The position numbers and the translations under genes were made by a program. From UHGV virus genome UHGV-0283905: DNA of 37,978 nt; one strand, 5' to 3'. This document shows, one piece after another, positions 34,623-37,978 of this stretch. Within the stretch, counting starts at the first letter, position 1. Each line of letters begins with the position of its first letter. Below the pieces are notes generated by a model. That model ran no database searches. It was not told the DNA's origin and saw nothing but the letters and a program-made list of their open reading frames with translations. The stretch is from a virus.

Positions 34623-34665
34623 ATCCTCACCAGAGGATATCAACGACATTATCCCCACCAGCGGA

Positions 34666-36141
34666 TTAAGCATAGGGATCGTAATCTGTAATGGCCTTGC
34701 CTTGCTGGTTCTGCTGACCTGGAATTCGCAGACGCTTCGACACAGGGAAAGCAAACGTCAGCAATAGCGCATCGCCTTTACCAGGAGAACGCCCAAGCCG
34801 CTCCTTGATATCTTCCTTCGGTTCGATAACGATTTTACCGTCCACTCGAACTTTGTACTCTGCCGCCGACAGGTCGTCCGCTGTTTCCTGGTCATCAAGC
34901 ATGCCGCCCAGCCTCAGCCATGTCTTGCATGAGTTGAACATCTCCCCGCGCTTATTGAGCATCTGCGGGTCAGTAGACGCGCCACCGAACGGAACAAGTT
35001 GCCATGTACGACCCCAGCCATCACCGATTGACTTCAGACCAGTTCCGTAACCGAAGTCGATGAACACTGCGTCAGCCTGGTACTGGTCTTCAAAGTCAGC
35101 GATACGCTTCGCCATAATCAGATCGTCAGTGGTCTTGTTGCCGGTCCACAGCACCTTACTGTGCAGCCCCTGCCGCAGATATATCACCGCGTCATCAACA
35201 CCGGAGTATGCCGGGTCAACGCCGATTATCACCGGAGCATGTGCAACCTGCGCAGCGGTGACCACCCGTTTCATTGCCTCGTCAGTAAGTCCGGTAGGGA
35301 TAAACTGCAATTCAGATGCATCCGGGAATATGCCGCGCACACGGATTTTAACGAAGTCGCTATCTTCCCCGTAGTCATCAACCCATTTCTGCAACTGCTG
35401 TTTGTTAGTGCCTTCCACCGTCCGGCTGTCAATCTGCGCAGTTTTCCAGCGGTGTTTGTATTTGCGGAAACATTCGCGAAAACGCCCGGTATTACGTGTA
35501 GGGTTTCCGAACGCCACCCAGATAATCTCAGTGTCTTCGTCCGTAAGCGCACCCTCAGCAACTTCCCACACCAGATCCGCAATGTTCGACGCTTCATCGA
35601 ATACCACGATGATGCGTTTGCGCTCGTTGTGTAGTCCGGCGAATGCCTCAGTGTTGTGCTCAGACCAGGGGATTGCGTCAGCTCGCCACCGCTTGTCGTG
35701 CCCAGGATCATTGCTGTACATCGCAGTAGCGGTACAGGTAAACCAGTCTTTCGTGATAGCAAGGTTCGACCACTTGATAATTTCCGGCCAGGTCTTCGTT
35801 CGTAGCTGGTTGTCGGTGTTGGCGGTCACCACGACCTTACAATCCTCGCAAGTGGACATGCCCCAGTTGATCAGCATTGAGATGAATGCGGATTTACCAA
35901 TACCGTGACCCGAAGCACGTGCCAGCATAAGCGGCTGATAGCGCGTCTCTGGATTCTGCAGGTGATCACGTATCTCTCGGAACGCATCAGCCTGCCACTG
36001 ACGTGGGCCGGTAGCATGTGCCAGTTCAGTCCCCTCTTCCCCCCACGGGAACGCATAGAGGGCATAGCCAAGCGGATCGTGAGTGAACCCTGCAATATCC
36101 TCGATCAACTGCTCTTCAGGAGATAACGCTGTATCTGTCAC
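34666..36141 (-). CDS. terminase large subunit
   Basis: 491 aa; Walker A-like GHGIGKSAF; ATPase then nuclease layout; start overlaps small-subunit stop (ATGA). Confidence 0.85.
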   Translation of the reverse strand: MTDTALSPEEQLIEDIAGFTHDPLGYALYAFPWGEEGTELAHATGPRQWQADAFREIRDHLQNPETRYQPLMLARASGHGIGKSAFISMLINWGMSTCEDCKVVVTANTDNQLRTKTWPEIIKWSNLAITKDWFTCTATAMYSNDPGHDKRWRADAIPWSEHNTEAFAGLHNERKRIIVVFDEASNIADLVWEVAEGALTDEDTEIIWVAFGNPTRNTGRFRECFRKYKHRWKTAQIDSRTVEGTNKQQLQKWVDDYGEDSDFVKIRVRGIFPDASELQFIPTGLTDEAMKRVVTAAQVAHAPVIIGVDPAYSGVDDAVIYLRQGLHSKVLWTGNKTTDDLIMAKRIADFEDQYQADAVFIDFGYGTGLKSIGDGWGRTWQLVPFGGASTDPQMLNKRGEMFNSCKTWLRLGGMLDDQETADDLSAAEYKVRVDGKIVIEPKEDIKERLGRSPGKGDALLLTFAFPVSKRLRIPGQQNQQGKAITDYDPYA

Positions 36142-36734
36142 TGATTACCATCCTGACGTTCTTTGAGTCGCTTCCTGGCTGCTGCTATGCGATCAGCAAT
36201 TGTCACATTCACATTAACATCCAGACGTTCTTTGAACGCGTTGACATCAACATGCTTACCAATCAGCTCAAGGTTCTTCACCTTGTCAGGCCATTTAATT
36301 TTTTTGAGGATTGTCTCTATCGAATCCTCGTTCATGTTCATGATGGTCGATGACAGATCAAAGCCACTAAGCGTAGTGCGCCAGATTTTCGGCCACTCAC
36401 GGATTGGTTTAAGGCTCCCATCGTCGTTGAGGATGTCGATCACGTCCATCTGGTCGATCTGCACCAGGCGCATGAGAACGTAATCAGCACTGACGCGCAT
36501 TCGTTTGTTGCGCTCCTCCATCAACTCGGCAATCCGTTTTTGAATGCGTTCATCGCGCATCATGACACTGGCTTTAACTGCCGCTGTATTTGGGGAGAAT
36601 CCTGCGTTAATCGCTGCCTGAGTCTGGTTTTCAGGCGTTTTGATGTATGACTGGCAATAAGCCTCCTGCATTGCTGTTAGTGGCTTAAATTGCGTTGATT
36701 TGCGTTTATAGGTTTTAGGTTCAGCAGGCATCAT
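36138..36734 (-). CDS. terminase small subunit
   Basis: Start at ATG 36734 or 36731 (MMPAEPKTYK...), GGTGG upstream; the table's longer ORF (to 36812) would read through a terminator hairpin and is treated as spurious. Confidence 0.6.
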   Translation of the reverse strand: MMPAEPKTYKRKSTQFKPLTAMQEAYCQSYIKTPENQTQAAINAGFSPNTAAVKASVMMRDERIQKRIAELMEERNKRMRVSADYVLMRLVQIDQMDVIDILNDDGSLKPIREWPKIWRTTLSGFDLSSTIMNMNEDSIETILKKIKWPDKVKNLELIGKHVDVNAFKERLDVNVNVTIADRIAAARKRLKERQDGNQ

Positions 36735-36741
36735 AACCACC

Positions 36742-36770
36742 GTGGTAATAGTTACCGTTGTGGTAATAGT
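36742..36770. repeat. direct repeat GTGGTAATAGT x2 just upstream of the terminase small-subunit start
   Basis: Copies at 36742..36752 and 36760..36770; contains an inverted GGTAA-N3-TTACC arrangement. Confidence 0.4.
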
Positions 36771-36775
36771 ACCAT

Positions 36776-36803
36776 ACAAAATAAAGCCGCCATAGTTGGC
36801 GGC
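36776..36803 (-). terminator. intrinsic terminator between the late-leader genes and terminase (tR'-like)
   Basis: GCCGCC-aactat-GGCGGC hairpin then UUUAUUUUGU on the minus-strand transcript. Confidence 0.65.
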
Positions 36804-36844
36804 AGTATTCAAAACCCATCAAATTCATCATGCATAATCTACTC

Positions 36845-36856
36845 GTGACATGTCAC
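36845..36856. promoter_or_regulatory. 12-bp perfect palindrome GTGACATGTCAC (copy 3 of 3)
   Basis: Overlaps the stop of the Cys-rich gene, about 41 nt upstream (in transcription direction) of terminator 36776..36803. Confidence 0.5.
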
Positions 36857-37194
36857 ACTATTAATTTCGTTTCATGCCAGCCTTTAGTCACCCAGCATTG
36901 CGAGTCACCATTACACGGGCATGAATTAACTGGAACTCTCTCGCCGCACTTACCGCAACATTTTCTGCTGATCGATTTTATACGCCCGCGCACGCGTGCA
37001 TCATCCTGGCGGATCAGTAACGCTATATACTCACCAAATTCGTAAGGCGCACGCCCGGGGCGACGCGTGGCACAGTTACGCTCCAGCATTTCAATTTCCT
37101 GAGCATCCAGCACAATCTCCAGCTTACGTACACCGGATGCAGCTTGTCTGGCTCTCTGAGCGGCTTTGCGCTCTGCTGCTGATTTAGCCATCAA
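36853..37194 (-). CDS. Cys-rich small basic protein (putative zinc-binding regulator; late-activator candidate)
   Basis: 113 aa; basic N-terminus; C-terminal cysteine cluster CCGKCGERVPVNSCPCNGDSQC; immediately upstream of the palindrome/terminator/terminase arrangement. Confidence 0.45.
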   Translation of the reverse strand: MMAKSAAERKAAQRARQAASGVRKLEIVLDAQEIEMLERNCATRRPGRAPYEFGEYIALLIRQDDARVRGRIKSISRKCCGKCGERVPVNSCPCNGDSQCWVTKGWHETKLIV

Positions 37195-37465
37195 TATTTA
37201 CCTTTATCGCGAACACCTTTACCGGTTTATCGCCGAAGTGCGGATGTGTGATTGTCTTGATTTCATATCCGTCATACGGAATATCAATTCTGCGGCTGGA
37301 ATCGTCGCGCTTCGGATATCCCTTTGTGATAATCAGACGGTCATACTTACGGTTAACGAGTCGCTTTTTCCAGTAGTCATTACACAAGCGATACTCTTCC
37401 GTTTTCTCTCCGCGAATCATGGCATTGAAGTATTCACCTTTTACGGCAAGTTGCAGGTTAGCCAT
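37184..37465 (-). CDS. ASCH/DUF3850-like small protein (tentative)
   Basis: Start at ATG 37465 (TAATG coupling to upstream stop; table start 37486); family call is a low-confidence pattern match. Confidence 0.4.
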   Translation of the reverse strand: MANLQLAVKGEYFNAMIRGEKTEEYRLCNDYWKKRLVNRKYDRLIITKGYPKRDDSSRRIDIPYDGYEIKTITHPHFGDKPVKVFAIKVNIDG

Positions 37466-37725
37466 TACCGCACCTCCAGTCTCCATACCGCCTGACCAAT
37501 CCGGCTGGCATGGTTATCTTTAGATACTGTTCCGTCTTTAGCAATCTCCATAAGAATTTTGCGCAAATCTGCCGAGCGCCATTCTTCATCAGGAAATTCC
37601 TTCTCCATTGCCAACCGCAGATTCCAGGTTGCTATCGTGAATGGATATTCCCCGCCGAGAGCTTTCTCTTGCAAGGCAGCACGGGAACGCATCACCTGCA
37701 AAACCTTCTCTTTTACATCCATCAT
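37465..37725 (-). CDS. hypothetical small protein
   Basis: 86 aa, 4-nt overlap with the upstream gene. Confidence 0.4.
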   Translation of the reverse strand: MMDVKEKVLQVMRSRAALQEKALGGEYPFTIATWNLRLAMEKEFPDEEWRSADLRKILMEIAKDGTVSKDNHASRIGQAVWRLEVR

Positions 37726-37934
37726 TTTGCCTCCTGCGGCGGTTCTGGTAGCTGCATCCAGTGGGTTACCTCTTTGAGATACAGGTCTTCGCCATCACCG
37801 TCATCCCAAGTGGGATTGCCATCATTAAACCAGTCGCCATATACGCCGACCTGAGTGTTGGGGATGTTTGGTGGGTAGTTGTTTTTAAAGTCAGCTGCTA
37901 ACACATAGCATTGTCGCTCTCCCATTTCTGGCAT
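37722..37934 (-). CDS. DUF551-like small phage protein
   Basis: C-terminal WMQLPEPPQ matches the DUF551 C-terminal signature (W.PLPEPP); in-frame TAA upstream of a second candidate ATG at 37961 shows the ORF is complete. Confidence 0.5.
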   Translation of the reverse strand: MPEMGERQCYVLAADFKNNYPPNIPNTQVGVYGDWFNDGNPTWDDGDGEDLYLKEVTHWMQLPEPPQEAK

Positions 37935-37978
37935 CTGCTCACTACAGCTTATCCAACCATCCGGAGTTACCGGAGAAT

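Noticed and set aside
35060-35908. Plus-strand ORFs (104-168 aa) inside the terminase large-subunit gene
   Set aside because: They are antisense to a well-supported terminase gene, Ser/Cys/Arg-rich, and lack RBSs.
1-37978. CRISPR array, rRNA genes, or insertion-sequence/transposase content
   Set aside because: I saw no regularly spaced direct repeats with unique spacers, no rRNA-like sequence, and no transposase-like ORF or terminal inverted repeats.
1-37978. Integrated prophage with host flanks and attL/attR inside the window
   Set aside because: Phage genes run to both window edges (ORF truncated at base 1) and the int-proximal region is contiguous with phage genes on both sides, so no host junction is visible.

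Overview
The window looks like a near-complete, circularly permuted genome of a temperate podovirus-type phage of enterobacteria, with no host flanking genes visible. From memory it resembles epsilon15/SPN1S-like Salmonella phages, but no database search was run. Minus strand carries a lambda-like early-right arm (Cro-like, Zn-ribbon protein, O-like initiator with internal iterons, P-like helicase loader, 1..3889), then a short late-leader, terminase, T7-like portal/scaffold/capsid/tail-tube/internal-virion genes, tailspike, a lysis cassette and a P4-type integrase. Plus strand carries the repressor and an early-left arm (YqaJ exonuclease, RecT, AlpA, PerC-like, MT-A70 methyltransferase, 4044..8705). 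Two plus-strand accessory islands interrupt the late region: a candidate SOS-controlled antirepressor locus with downstream moron genes (14714..17074), and a tRNA-Arg(UCU) plus a DUF2829/Tad2-like gene (33600..34622). The most interesting signals are a dispersed 15-bp dyad motif TTACC-N5-GGTAA at 13 promoter-proximal sites, a 12-bp perfect palindrome GTGACATGTCAC present three times and each time next to an intrinsic terminator, the LexA-box antirepressor locus with a paralogous domain pair, and an AT-rich acidic moron. All protein family calls are from reading the translations and are unverified by alignment.
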